DNA of 39,189 nucleotides from Spirochaetota bacterium (GTDB lineage Bacteria; Spirochaetota; Spirochaetia; Treponematales; Breznakiellaceae): NCBI GenBank assembly GCA_023398155.1, contig JAEWSV010000338.1, positions 1 to 39,189 of the forward strand, read 5' to 3'. Shown piece by piece: positions 31,336 to 39,036 of this stretch (position 1 is its first letter; each line of letters starts with the position of its first letter). The notes under the pieces were generated by a model. It saw only the letters and a program-made list of their open reading frames with translations, ran no database searches and was not told where the DNA came from. The position numbers and the translations under genes were made by a program.

Positions 31336-32040
31336 ATGAAGAGAGGAAAAGCCGCTTCGGATAACGAAGTCTTGAGCGAGGCCCCCGAGGACACCATTCA
31401 GAATGAATCCTCGGGGGCGGCTTCGGACCAGGCGATCCATCCGGTACGCCCCGGAGCCGTCATAACCACGCGGTTCGGCCATGACGTTGATCCCGCCCTG
31501 CACGTTTACCGCTTCCACCGCGCCCTCGATCGCTCGGGAGGAGACGGTCTCGTCTATTGCCCGATGACCGCCCGAGGTGCGGTGCTCGAGGCTCCGTCAA
31601 CGCCGGCTTTCGGAACGCTCATCCGCCTCATCTACGCCGGATATGAAATCCGGATTGCCCACTGCGAAGAGTTCGACTCGGAATTCTTCGATCTCGTCTC
31701 CGCCAAGCGCCCCATTCCCGCGGGCATGATAATCGCGCCCGAGGGGGCCGCCGGCAAATCTGTCGCCGTGAACTCGAATTATCCGGAGCATTCCCACATA
31801 GAACTCGTGGCTATCGGAGGCCGTAACAAGACCCTAGACGCGGCCCTGATCGCACAGGGCGGCACGCCCGGCGAGTACTGGACAGAAGACGAACTCGTCA
31901 AGGCGTCCGGTGGGAAGCACAAGGGTTGGATGAGGGAATACGGCGCGACCAAGCTCGGCCCCTACGAGTGCATCGCCTGGGACCGAAGAACGAACGGATG
32001 GGCGATCTGGATGGATCCCGCCGCAGTGCTGGGTCTGTAG
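31336..32040 (+). CDS. M23-like metallopeptidase, probable endolysin (234 aa)
   Basis: HxxxD (FHRALD) and HxH (EHSHIEL) motifs with M23-like spacing. Start at 31336 follows GGGAGG. The track start at 31216 would place the terminator inside the gene. Confidence 0.55.
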   Translation: MKRGKAASDNEVLSEAPEDTIQNESSGAASDQAIHPVRPGAVITTRFGHDVDPALHVYRFHRALDRSGGDGLVYCPMTARGAVLEAPSTPAFGTLIRLIYAGYEIRIAHCEEFDSEFFDLVSAKRPIPAGMIIAPEGAAGKSVAVNSNYPEHSHIELVAIGGRNKTLDAALIAQGGTPGEYWTEDELVKASGGKHKGWMREYGATKLGPYECIAWDRRTNGWAIWMDPAAVLGL

Positions 32041-32049
32041 GAGGACGCG

Positions 32050-32325
32050 ATGGTTCGGCTCAAAGGCAAGCCGCTTTCGCTCGGCGCCAAGATCCTTGCG
32101 GTGATCATCGTGCTTGGGGGCCTCGCCCTCAAAGGACTCGCGCTGATCGATATCAAAGTCGACGACCTCATCAAGGTGGGCGGCTTCGTAGTGATCATTT
32201 TCGGGACGGTGGACGTCTCCCTCATCATGGAGGCGATATTCGGACCGGGCGGCCTCGGCGCTCGGAGCCAACGATCGCGCCGCGGTGATTATCCCTTCGG
32301 CGACCAGCCGGGAGATCCCGCATGA
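32050..32325 (+). CDS. Holin-like membrane protein, two TM helices (91 aa)
   Basis: AKILAVIIVLGGLALKGLALI and VGGFVVIIFGTVDVSLIMEAIF, directly after the endolysin. Confidence 0.5.
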   Translation: MVRLKGKPLSLGAKILAVIIVLGGLALKGLALIDIKVDDLIKVGGFVVIIFGTVDVSLIMEAIFGPGGLGARSQRSRRGDYPFGDQPGDPA

Positions 32326-32633
32326 ACGGGGCCGGAACGCTCATCGCCGTCGGCGTGATCGCGCTCCTCGGTATCGCCGCGGGAGCGGCGGCGGCCGCCA
32401 TCCTATTACGTAGGCGATCAAACTATACCGACCCGGCCGCGGCCGCGGCCTTCGCCCAGGAGGAACACCTTGAAGACGCCGATGCTCGCGATCTTGTCGA
32501 TCGCTCTCCTCGCGCAGCCGCTCTGCGCGAACGACGTGACGCCCTCGCCGAGTCCGCACGTAAACGAGTACGGGATAGATCCCGAGGGGTGGTATCGCGG
32601 CGACGAGGTGACGGAGATCATCAGGGCAGCTGA
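32322..32633 (+). CDS. Single-TM membrane protein; the last ~55 codons overlap the next gene out of frame
   Basis: GTLIAVGVIALLGIAAGAAAAAILL TM helix with an ATGA-coupled start. Third-position GC falls in the overlapped part, so the true C-terminus is uncertain. Confidence 0.4.
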   Translation: MNGAGTLIAVGVIALLGIAAGAAAAAILLRRRSNYTDPAAAAAFAQEEHLEDADARDLVDRSPRAAALRERRDALAESARKRVRDRSRGVVSRRRGDGDHQGS

Positions 32634-32850
32634 GGACGAGGCAGCGGCGGCCGCCGGCGAGTCGTACGACGAAGGCTACAAGGACGGCCGCATAGACGGC
32701 AGGAACATATGGAAGCCCCACTTCGATGATGCGCTCAAGCGCGCTGTAAAGGCGGAGAAGCGGCCGACTGTTGGGACGGTGATCCGCTGGGTAATTTACG
32801 GATTCGTCGGTGGAGCGCTCTCAATGATGATCTACGACAACGTGAGGTGA
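32470..32850 (+). CDS. Candidate unimolecular spanin (126 aa): N-terminal signal with Cys19 plus a C-terminal TM helix
   Basis: TTG start 6 nt after AGGAGG. MKTPMLAILSIALLAQPLC then Pro-rich ANDVTPSPSP, and a C-terminal VIRWVIYGFVGGALSMMIY. The lipobox is non-canonical. Confidence 0.4.
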   Translation: MKTPMLAILSIALLAQPLCANDVTPSPSPHVNEYGIDPEGWYRGDEVTEIIRAAEDEAAAAAGESYDEGYKDGRIDGRNIWKPHFDDALKRAVKAEKRPTVGTVIRWVIYGFVGGALSMMIYDNVR

Positions 32851-32853
32851 GGC

Positions 32854-33240
32854 ATGGATCTGGTCATCTTGATTCCGAAGCTGATGGAGTACGGGACTTT
32901 CCCCGCCCTTCTGGTCCTGACCGCTTTAGTCGCAATGCTGATCCGAAAGCTCGACAAGAACGCAGCGGCTGACGCGGTGCGGGCAGCGGAATTCAACAAA
33001 GCCCTCTCTGAGCATCGGCAAGAGACCGAGAAGCGATTCGCCGAGCATGCGGAACGATTTGCAAGTATCGAGCGCGACTACCTTCCGCGGGAAACGCATT
33101 ACAAGGACATCGGCGGATGGCGTACCGATATGAATGATCTCCGGAACAATCTCGGGGAGGAGATCCGGGGCGTACGGACGGACATGACCGCGTTGATTCC
33201 TTCGATCATCAAGATAGCCATGAAGAAAGGAGAAGAGTAA
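32854..33240 (+). CDS. Membrane-anchored helical protein, predicted coiled coil (128 aa)
   Basis: N-terminal TM FPALLVLTALVAMLI followed by a charged helical region. Confidence 0.45.
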   Translation: MDLVILIPKLMEYGTFPALLVLTALVAMLIRKLDKNAAADAVRAAEFNKALSEHRQETEKRFAEHAERFASIERDYLPRETHYKDIGGWRTDMNDLRNNLGEEIRGVRTDMTALIPSIIKIAMKKGEE

Positions 33241-33536
33241 TGGCCATTCGTGACAACATCCTTCGCGGGAAGATCCTGCAATTCCTTAGAGAGCTTTTCC
33301 CTCAGGGAACGGACGCCATGACGGTCGTCGGGATCTACTACGAGTACCACCGCCGCGAGGACATCATCGACGCCCTCGAATACCTAGCGTCGAAAAAGTA
33401 CGTCGATAAGCGCGAGGTTCCGCACCCCGCCCGAAAATTGGAAAAGCTTGCCACCTACACCATCAATGCCGCCGGCATCGATCTCTGCGACGGTACTACT
33501 TCCGACGCAGGCATCACCATCGTCGCAGAGGAGTGA
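33240..33536 (+). CDS. Hypothetical protein (98 aa)
   Basis: TAATG-coupled, upstream of the small terminase. Confidence 0.45.
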   Translation: MAIRDNILRGKILQFLRELFPQGTDAMTVVGIYYEYHRREDIIDALEYLASKKYVDKREVPHPARKLEKLATYTINAAGIDLCDGTTSDAGITIVAEE

Positions 33537-33539
33537 ACC

Positions 33540-34064
33540 ATGGGCCGCAGATCGAAAGCTGACCTGAACGACCTCATCGAACGCATCGTCTCCATGCACG
33601 ACGATGACAAGATGACCCACGTCCAGATCGCGGAAGCCCTGCGCGCCGAAGGGATCGACATCAGCCGCGAGGCTATCCGACGCTCGTATAAGACAGCGAA
33701 GGAGCAGGCCGGAGACCTGAAGGCCGTATCCGAAGAGGCTCGTGTCATGCTCGAAGCCTATAGAGCTAGCCCGAATACGGACATCGCAGAGGCGGTAATC
33801 GCCAAGTTCACCGGCCTCCTCTACCGCGAGGTCCAGGGCATCGAATCAATCGAGTTTGACGATCCAGGGGAAGCCGCCCTCGCGATCGGTAGGATGGCCA
33901 CGGCACAGACCCGTGTCGCATCGCTTCGACTGAAGTACCAGAACGGATTCGAGGCCGCCAAGAAGGCCGTCCTCGACACCCTCAAGCAGGAATTGAGGAA
34001 CCATCCGGATGTTCTGGAGCGGATGACCATGCTCGTGGGCGGCATGGAGGCGCCGGCCGCATGA
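33540..34064 (+). CDS. Terminase small subunit (Mu gp27-like), 174 aa
   Basis: MGRRSKADLNDL...THVQIAEALRAEGIDISREAIRRSYKTAKEQ. ATGA-coupled to the large subunit. Confidence 0.6.
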   Translation: MGRRSKADLNDLIERIVSMHDDDKMTHVQIAEALRAEGIDISREAIRRSYKTAKEQAGDLKAVSEEARVMLEAYRASPNTDIAEAVIAKFTGLLYREVQGIESIEFDDPGEAALAIGRMATAQTRVASLRLKYQNGFEAAKKAVLDTLKQELRNHPDVLERMTMLVGGMEAPAA

Positions 34065-35605
34065 GCGAGTCGCTGATCGCCGAACTCGTCGGAAACAACA
34101 AAGAAGCGCTGGTCAAAAACCGACGCGTGCAGCGAGCTAAAGAGGACTTCGGTTTCTTCTGCAGGACCTATCTCGGAGATTACTTTTTTACTGATCCGGC
34201 CGAGTATCAGGAAGTGCTCTACGACGTCGCGAATACGCAATCCCTTTCTCCGTGGACGGTGGAACAGCTCCAAAGGTTCGTACACGAAAAGTACCACAAG
34301 TACCTTGTTCCTACCGAACGCCTTGCCGGCGCCATGTTCGTCGAGCCTCGCGAACATGGAAAGACGGTAAGGTGGTCGTTCGCGTATACCCTCTGGAGAG
34401 TCCTATCGGGGAAAAGCAGGTACGTTCTCCTCATCGGCGCGGCGGCCGAATCGGCGGTCGAGAACCTCACCAACATCAAGATCGAGCTGGAGGAAAACGA
34501 AGCAATCCTTGAGGACTTCGGCGATCTTCGCGGTAAAGAATGGAGGAAGGACCGGCTTGAATTAACTGTCGGATCCTGCATCCAGGCAAAAGGCGCTGGC
34601 GCTTCCATGCGAGGCACGCGGTTTCGTCAATATCGCCCTGACCTCATCATCCTTGACGACATCCTTAAGGATTCGGCGGTTGACTCTCCAACTTTGCGGA
34701 ACGGGATCTCCAGGTGGCTCAAGAAGGTTGTATTCAATTTGGGAAAAACGGCCTTCATCATCTGGGTGAACACCATTTTTCATTCGGACGATCCCATTTC
34801 CAGGCTTATGAGAGAGCTTGAAGAGGGGACCCTCAAACGATGGATCGCCGTGCGCTTGGATTGTTACCGGCCGGATGGAGAGCCTCTTTGGCCGGAACAT
34901 TGGTCGAAGGAAGCCTTAGCGGAAAAGCAAGCGCAACTTGGGTTTGATGTCTTCTCTACTGAGTATCGCAACGAACCGTTGTCCGATGAAGAGAGAATAA
35001 TCAAGCCGGAATGGATTGAAACCAACTGGTATACCACCGATGAACTTCCTCCATTGGAAACCCTGAGGATATTCGGAGGAGTCGATCCCGCCACGGGGAA
35101 GCATGACCGTACCGCTATCCTGACGCTTGGCGTCGATCGCCTGGGTCGCATCTGGGAGTTGGACACTTGGGCCAAGGTCTGCTCGGAATCCGAGACCGTT
35201 CAACAGCTGATCATTAAACATTCGAAATACGCATACGAGTTGATCGCCTGGGAGGAAGTCACTTTCTCCGGCATCTACGCGAACTACGTTTCCAGCATGG
35301 CCGCAGAACAAAACGTGTATCTGCCTATACGCAAAGTCAAAGCCGGGACGGATTCGAAAATAGCTCGGGTGCGATCGATATCCCCCTTGATTGAAAACGG
35401 AATCATCCGCATCAGGAAGAACGGCGCGAAGGATCTGATAGACGAGTTGGCGTCCTTTCCGAAAGGGCGCTTCGACGATATGTGCGACGCTCTTGCCTAT
35501 GCGGTCAAGATCGTAAGTTCCGGGCCTGCAACTCCCATGGGGTTCGTGCTCGGAAGGGCCTCAAAACTCACCAATACCCTACAGAGGTTCCGCCGTGGAT
35601 ACTAA
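34061..35605 (+). CDS. Terminase large subunit (514 aa)
   Basis: EPREHGKT Walker-A-like motif and LIILDD Walker B, with a C-terminal nuclease-like region ending in a DDMCDAL motif. Confidence 0.8.
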   Translation: MSESLIAELVGNNKEALVKNRRVQRAKEDFGFFCRTYLGDYFFTDPAEYQEVLYDVANTQSLSPWTVEQLQRFVHEKYHKYLVPTERLAGAMFVEPREHGKTVRWSFAYTLWRVLSGKSRYVLLIGAAAESAVENLTNIKIELEENEAILEDFGDLRGKEWRKDRLELTVGSCIQAKGAGASMRGTRFRQYRPDLIILDDILKDSAVDSPTLRNGISRWLKKVVFNLGKTAFIIWVNTIFHSDDPISRLMRELEEGTLKRWIAVRLDCYRPDGEPLWPEHWSKEALAEKQAQLGFDVFSTEYRNEPLSDEERIIKPEWIETNWYTTDELPPLETLRIFGGVDPATGKHDRTAILTLGVDRLGRIWELDTWAKVCSESETVQQLIIKHSKYAYELIAWEEVTFSGIYANYVSSMAAEQNVYLPIRKVKAGTDSKIARVRSISPLIENGIIRIRKNGAKDLIDELASFPKGRFDDMCDALAYAVKIVSSGPATPMGFVLGRASKLTNTLQRFRRGY

Positions 35606-36845
35606 GCATCTCGCAATGGAAATCATCGAGCCGTCACAGTTCTGGTCGGTGATCTCTTACCTTCCAAACCCGGCCTCGTTCATCTCGGACCGGGGTAGCT
35701 TCTTCGCTACCGTCGACGAGATGTTGCTTGACGCAAAGATCGGTTCGCACCTTCGCATCCGAAAGGACATCGTAGCCTCATTCCCCTTTGTGATTGATCA
35801 AGCGAACGCCTCCGATGAGGTATATGCCTTCGTGAAGGATAACCTGCTGGAGAACCTAAACTGGGAGAACGACATCAGGGAATTTCTTTCAGCGATCGAA
35901 TACGGATTTTCCCTTTCCGAGGTTCTTTGGTCGCGAGAGAACGGATACTGGACCCCGGATTCTGTTCGTAACCGGAAAAGCGATCAGATCGTTTTCAAGA
36001 CGGATTACATACAGGTTCCCGGAGGGCGGAAGTCGATTTGGACTCCCGTATGGACTTCCGGGTATCGAGTCCTATCCGAGCCAAACAAATACCTCATCTA
36101 CCGCAACAACCCGCGGGCTGAAAACCCTTATGGGACCTCCGACCTTCTCATGTGCTACTGGCCGTGGAAGTTCAAACAACTCGGTTGGGAGTTCTGGCTC
36201 GCTGCGGCCAGAAAGTGCGGAGTTCCCTCCATTGCGGCGCTATTCGATGCCCCGGATGAAAAGAAGGCGCAAGACGCGGCGAACGTTATATCATCGACTC
36301 TTGAACAGGTCGAGAACGGATCGGGCCTCGCGTTAGCGAACGTAAAATCCGTCGAAGTTCTCGGCATGTCCGGGAATCTTGCGGATCATAAGATCCTCAT
36401 TGAAACCTGCAACCAGGAGATATCTTTCGCCCTAACCACACAGAGCCTTTCGACCCAGGAAGGCGAATACGGAACGAGGGCACAAGCGACGGTCCACGAC
36501 GCTAATCTGGTTCGCGTGTGTCATGGAGATGCAAAGGCTCTTCAGGGCACGTTGCAGCAGCTCATCGATTGGACGGTGGAGGTCAATTTCGGGAAAGGAG
36601 TACCTGCACCGAAGGGCGCGTTCGACCTTGAATCCTATGCGACCTTCGATGAGGTGATGAAGGCGATAGAGAAGAAGGTCCCCGTTTCAAAAGAAAAACT
36701 ATATACGCGGTATGGGCTTCCTCGTCCTAAGATATCCGACCCGGACGATGTTTTCGTCGTTGAGGACTCGGCGCCCTCCTCCTTTGCCTTGAGTGATGAC
36801 AGTAAAAAAAAAGCTCCGCCCAGGCGACCGTTGACGATATTTTGA
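35595..36845 (+). CDS. Portal protein (Mu gp29-like), 416 aa
   Basis: Position and size between terminase and MuF. GTG start (alternative ATG 35616). Confidence 0.7.
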   Translation: MDTKHLAMEIIEPSQFWSVISYLPNPASFISDRGSFFATVDEMLLDAKIGSHLRIRKDIVASFPFVIDQANASDEVYAFVKDNLLENLNWENDIREFLSAIEYGFSLSEVLWSRENGYWTPDSVRNRKSDQIVFKTDYIQVPGGRKSIWTPVWTSGYRVLSEPNKYLIYRNNPRAENPYGTSDLLMCYWPWKFKQLGWEFWLAAARKCGVPSIAALFDAPDEKKAQDAANVISSTLEQVENGSGLALANVKSVEVLGMSGNLADHKILIETCNQEISFALTTQSLSTQEGEYGTRAQATVHDANLVRVCHGDAKALQGTLQQLIDWTVEVNFGKGVPAPKGAFDLESYATFDEVMKAIEKKVPVSKEKLYTRYGLPRPKISDPDDVFVVEDSAPSSFALSDDSKKKAPPRRPLTIF

Positions 36846-38626
36846 AGCACGAGCTTGCCGCCGCGAAGGAACTGGACCGAACGGCGGCGAGCTTCGAACA
36901 AAATATTCTAAGGAGAATTCGCGGCATTGTTGCTTCTTGGATGGAATCGGTCGATTCTCGAGGGGGCCCGGCTCTTGCTACACTCACGACTCCAAAGTAC
37001 ACAGCTCCGGATCCGGCTTTAGTTAGGGAAACAGAGAAACTCATCCTTTCGTCCTATCTCCTCGGGATTGACCATGCCGCGAGTCCTTTGGATCTCGCGG
37101 ACGACGGCGATTATGCAGCAATCCCCTTTGATGAAGCCGTCAAGTTCATGAAGTCCCGCGTGCCACTTACCAAAGCAGAATGGTCTGCGCTTGAGGAACA
37201 AGTCCGCTTTCGCGCCTTCACCGTAGCGGCACTTTCCGCCCCGGATGCAATTGAGAGAATCAGAAAGCACGTAATCGTTGCCGTTGAAAATGGCACGTCG
37301 CTGTCCAAGTTTTGGACGGCCGCAAAGGCGGAAGACGTCGCTGGATTAGGGTCATCCCCTTGGTATTGGGAAACCGTCTATAGAACAAATGTGCAGACCG
37401 CCTACAACGCAGGCCGTGCGACACAGATCATGAAGTCCAATCCTGAATACCTTGAGTTTATCGGAATCGAGGACTCGCGCCAAACCGCGATCTGCGCGCA
37501 GAGGAATGGCGTGGTACTCCCTGCGACGCATCCATTTTGGAAATCCAACTGGCCTCCGCTCCACTTCAACTGCAGGTCGACGGTTCGCGCGGTATTCAAA
37601 GGAGAGGCGGACGCCCTTCGGGCCCAGAACAACAGCTGGAAGCCGACAGATGACGAGGAGCTGCGGGGAATATCCGGGTCGAGGGATGGGTTTGGAGGAA
37701 ATCCGATCAAGACGGGAAGTTTCTACATGCTCACGCCGCAAATGATCCAGCGTGCGGAAGAATATGGCCTGATCGGTGACATCAAGGAGTTCGCTAAGGA
37801 GTTGGGTTTGAAGAGCTATCGGATAAAGGGGATCTCTCAAGCTGCAAAAATAAGTTCGTCTTCAATGCCTGTTACTACCGAGAAAGAACCAAAGGACACC
37901 GTCCCAATATTTAAGAAAACATCTGATGCAGAGGTGTGGGTAATAGAATCAAAGCTTGCCGATTCATGTTCATTCAAAGGTTTTGATATTGATGTAGTCC
38001 AAGAATTGGTTGAAGGACTGAAGGAAGATATGGAAAAATATCCAAAGGCAAGATCTTCGATGCAATTCTTTGGTTCAATAAAGGAACGAAACTCTCGGAT
38101 ACGTACGTGGTGGATTAAGGAGCGCGTCCCAACATATACCGCAGTAGGATTCGACGAAAAAAAGGCAGCCGTACTTGCAAGGAAAGAAATAGATGGGATG
38201 TTACGAAAGAACGGGTATATCCCAAAGCCGGGGAGTATCGCCCAATATTCCCCCATGAAAGGATTCAAAGGGGTCTCAATCAATGACAAGTACGCTACGG
38301 ACTACAATTCCTTCAGAGCTCTAGTAGAGCGAGATATGCAGAGCGGCCATTTCCCACAAGGTACAGGTACCATTACGGCTGTTGCACGGCATGAAATGGG
38401 GCACGCTCTCGATGATGTAACTGGACTCTCGAGCGATGGGGCCCTATTATCGTACTGGGAATCACTCTCGAAGGACGACATCAGGTTTGGGCTGTCAGGT
38501 TATGCAACGAATAGCGTTCAAGAGTTCATAGCAGAGTCCTGGTCGGAATATACAGTTTCTCCGAACCCGCGAAGCATATCGCGAAAGGTCGGTGAAATGC
38601 TTGTAGCTCGTTTGAACAGGAGTTAA
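36842..38626 (+). CDS. MuF-like minor head protein fused to a C-terminal HExxH zincin-like domain (594 aa)
   Basis: The MuF core ends ...NWPPLHFNCRSTV...GFGGNP at about 37705. The C-terminal ~300 aa carry HEMGH (38390-38404) and SGYATNSVQEFIAESWSEY (Glu codons at 38522 and 38534). Confidence 0.75.
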   Translation: MKHELAAAKELDRTAASFEQNILRRIRGIVASWMESVDSRGGPALATLTTPKYTAPDPALVRETEKLILSSYLLGIDHAASPLDLADDGDYAAIPFDEAVKFMKSRVPLTKAEWSALEEQVRFRAFTVAALSAPDAIERIRKHVIVAVENGTSLSKFWTAAKAEDVAGLGSSPWYWETVYRTNVQTAYNAGRATQIMKSNPEYLEFIGIEDSRQTAICAQRNGVVLPATHPFWKSNWPPLHFNCRSTVRAVFKGEADALRAQNNSWKPTDDEELRGISGSRDGFGGNPIKTGSFYMLTPQMIQRAEEYGLIGDIKEFAKELGLKSYRIKGISQAAKISSSSMPVTTEKEPKDTVPIFKKTSDAEVWVIESKLADSCSFKGFDIDVVQELVEGLKEDMEKYPKARSSMQFFGSIKERNSRIRTWWIKERVPTYTAVGFDEKKAAVLARKEIDGMLRKNGYIPKPGSIAQYSPMKGFKGVSINDKYATDYNSFRALVERDMQSGHFPQGTGTITAVARHEMGHALDDVTGLSSDGALLSYWESLSKDDIRFGLSGYATNSVQEFIAESWSEYTVSPNPRSISRKVGEMLVARLNRS

Positions 38627-38628
38627 TC

Positions 38629-38799
38629 ATGGCAGGTAAACAAGCTACTGAAAACGCAGACGAACTCAAGAAGTCGGCAGATGAACTATGGAATGAGCTT
38701 ACCGGAGGGAAGCCGATCATTACCGATCCCGGTGATGATGATTATTGGTTCAAGACGGCGCCGGAGAAACAGCCTCGGGACTCAAAGCCTTCCAAGTAG
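38629..38799 (+). CDS. Small acidic protein (56 aa), unknown function
   Basis: Not in the ORF track. ATG lies 6 nt after CAGGAG. MAGKQATENADELKKSADELWNELTGGKPIITDPGDDDYWFKTAPEKQPRDSKPSK. Confidence 0.45.
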   Translation: MAGKQATENADELKKSADELWNELTGGKPIITDPGDDDYWFKTAPEKQPRDSKPSK

Positions 38800-38888
38800 C
38801 GTCCTTTTTAGGGGAAGGACGTAGCCCGAGTCCATGAACGGACGTACTTCTCGTCGGCCCTTCTTTCTTGGTAACACAAAGGTAACAG

Positions 38889-38930
38889 AACAGCTGGAAA
38901 ATGCTCCCAGAACGCCGTTTTCCAGCTGTT
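38889..38930. repeat. Perfect 13-bp inverted repeat AACAGCTGGAAAA (16 nt) TTTTCCAGCTGTT
   Basis: Arms at 38889-38901 and 38918-38930 near the right phage boundary. Two GGTAACA copies (38870-76 and 38881-87) lie just upstream. Confidence 0.6.
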
Positions 38931-38960
38931 TCCAGGGTGTTCTTGGGCCTTTCAATCGTC

Positions 38961-38970
38961 ACAATAAACA
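38961..38970 (-). promoter_or_regulatory. Isolated copy of the early-operator half-site (GTTTATTGTG on the minus strand)
   Basis: Plus-strand CACAATAAAC-type match. The 10-mer GTTTATTGTG equals 21243-21252 of the early promoter/operator. Confidence 0.4.
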
Positions 38971-39036
38971 GAGCTTTTTCCTTTTATAAGTTATGATAGA
39001 GCAATGATTAGTAATGCGTAGGAGGCATGTAACAGG

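Larger units (their letters stand above)
128..39020. mobile_element. Mu-like transposable prophage (siphovirus-type tail); boundaries approximate
   Basis: Carries CI/LexA-like repressor, Ner-like protein, DDE transposase, MuB-like ATPase, Gam, GemA-like protein, lysis genes, terminase, Mu-type portal, MuF, and head and tail genes. A host tag-like ORF starts about 39037. No clean TG..CA ends or 5-bp target duplication were found. Confidence 0.75.

Noticed and set aside
36805-36813. A9 run near the portal 3' end as a second frameshift site
   Set aside because: It lies 10 codons before the stop, and no extended alternative frame with coding character follows it. The next gene has its own TTGA-coupled start.
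38750-38962. Minus-strand ORF 38750-38962 as the N-terminal half of a host gene split by the phage. It would continue in frame into the left-edge ORF, with TCCCA (157-161 and 38905-38909) as a 5-bp target duplication.
   Set aside because: The frame continuity is intriguing but a shared 5-mer is weak evidence. The junction would fall in the loop of a perfect 13-bp inverted repeat. The implied termini (CG...GC) are not Mu-like TG...CA. The ORF covers a palindrome and has no SD. Left unresolved, not supported.
120-39010. TG...CA termini flanked by a 5-bp direct repeat
   Set aside because: I compared the 5-mers preceding every TG in 128-183 with those following every CA in 38834-39003 and found no match. 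The ends therefore cannot be called from sequence alone.
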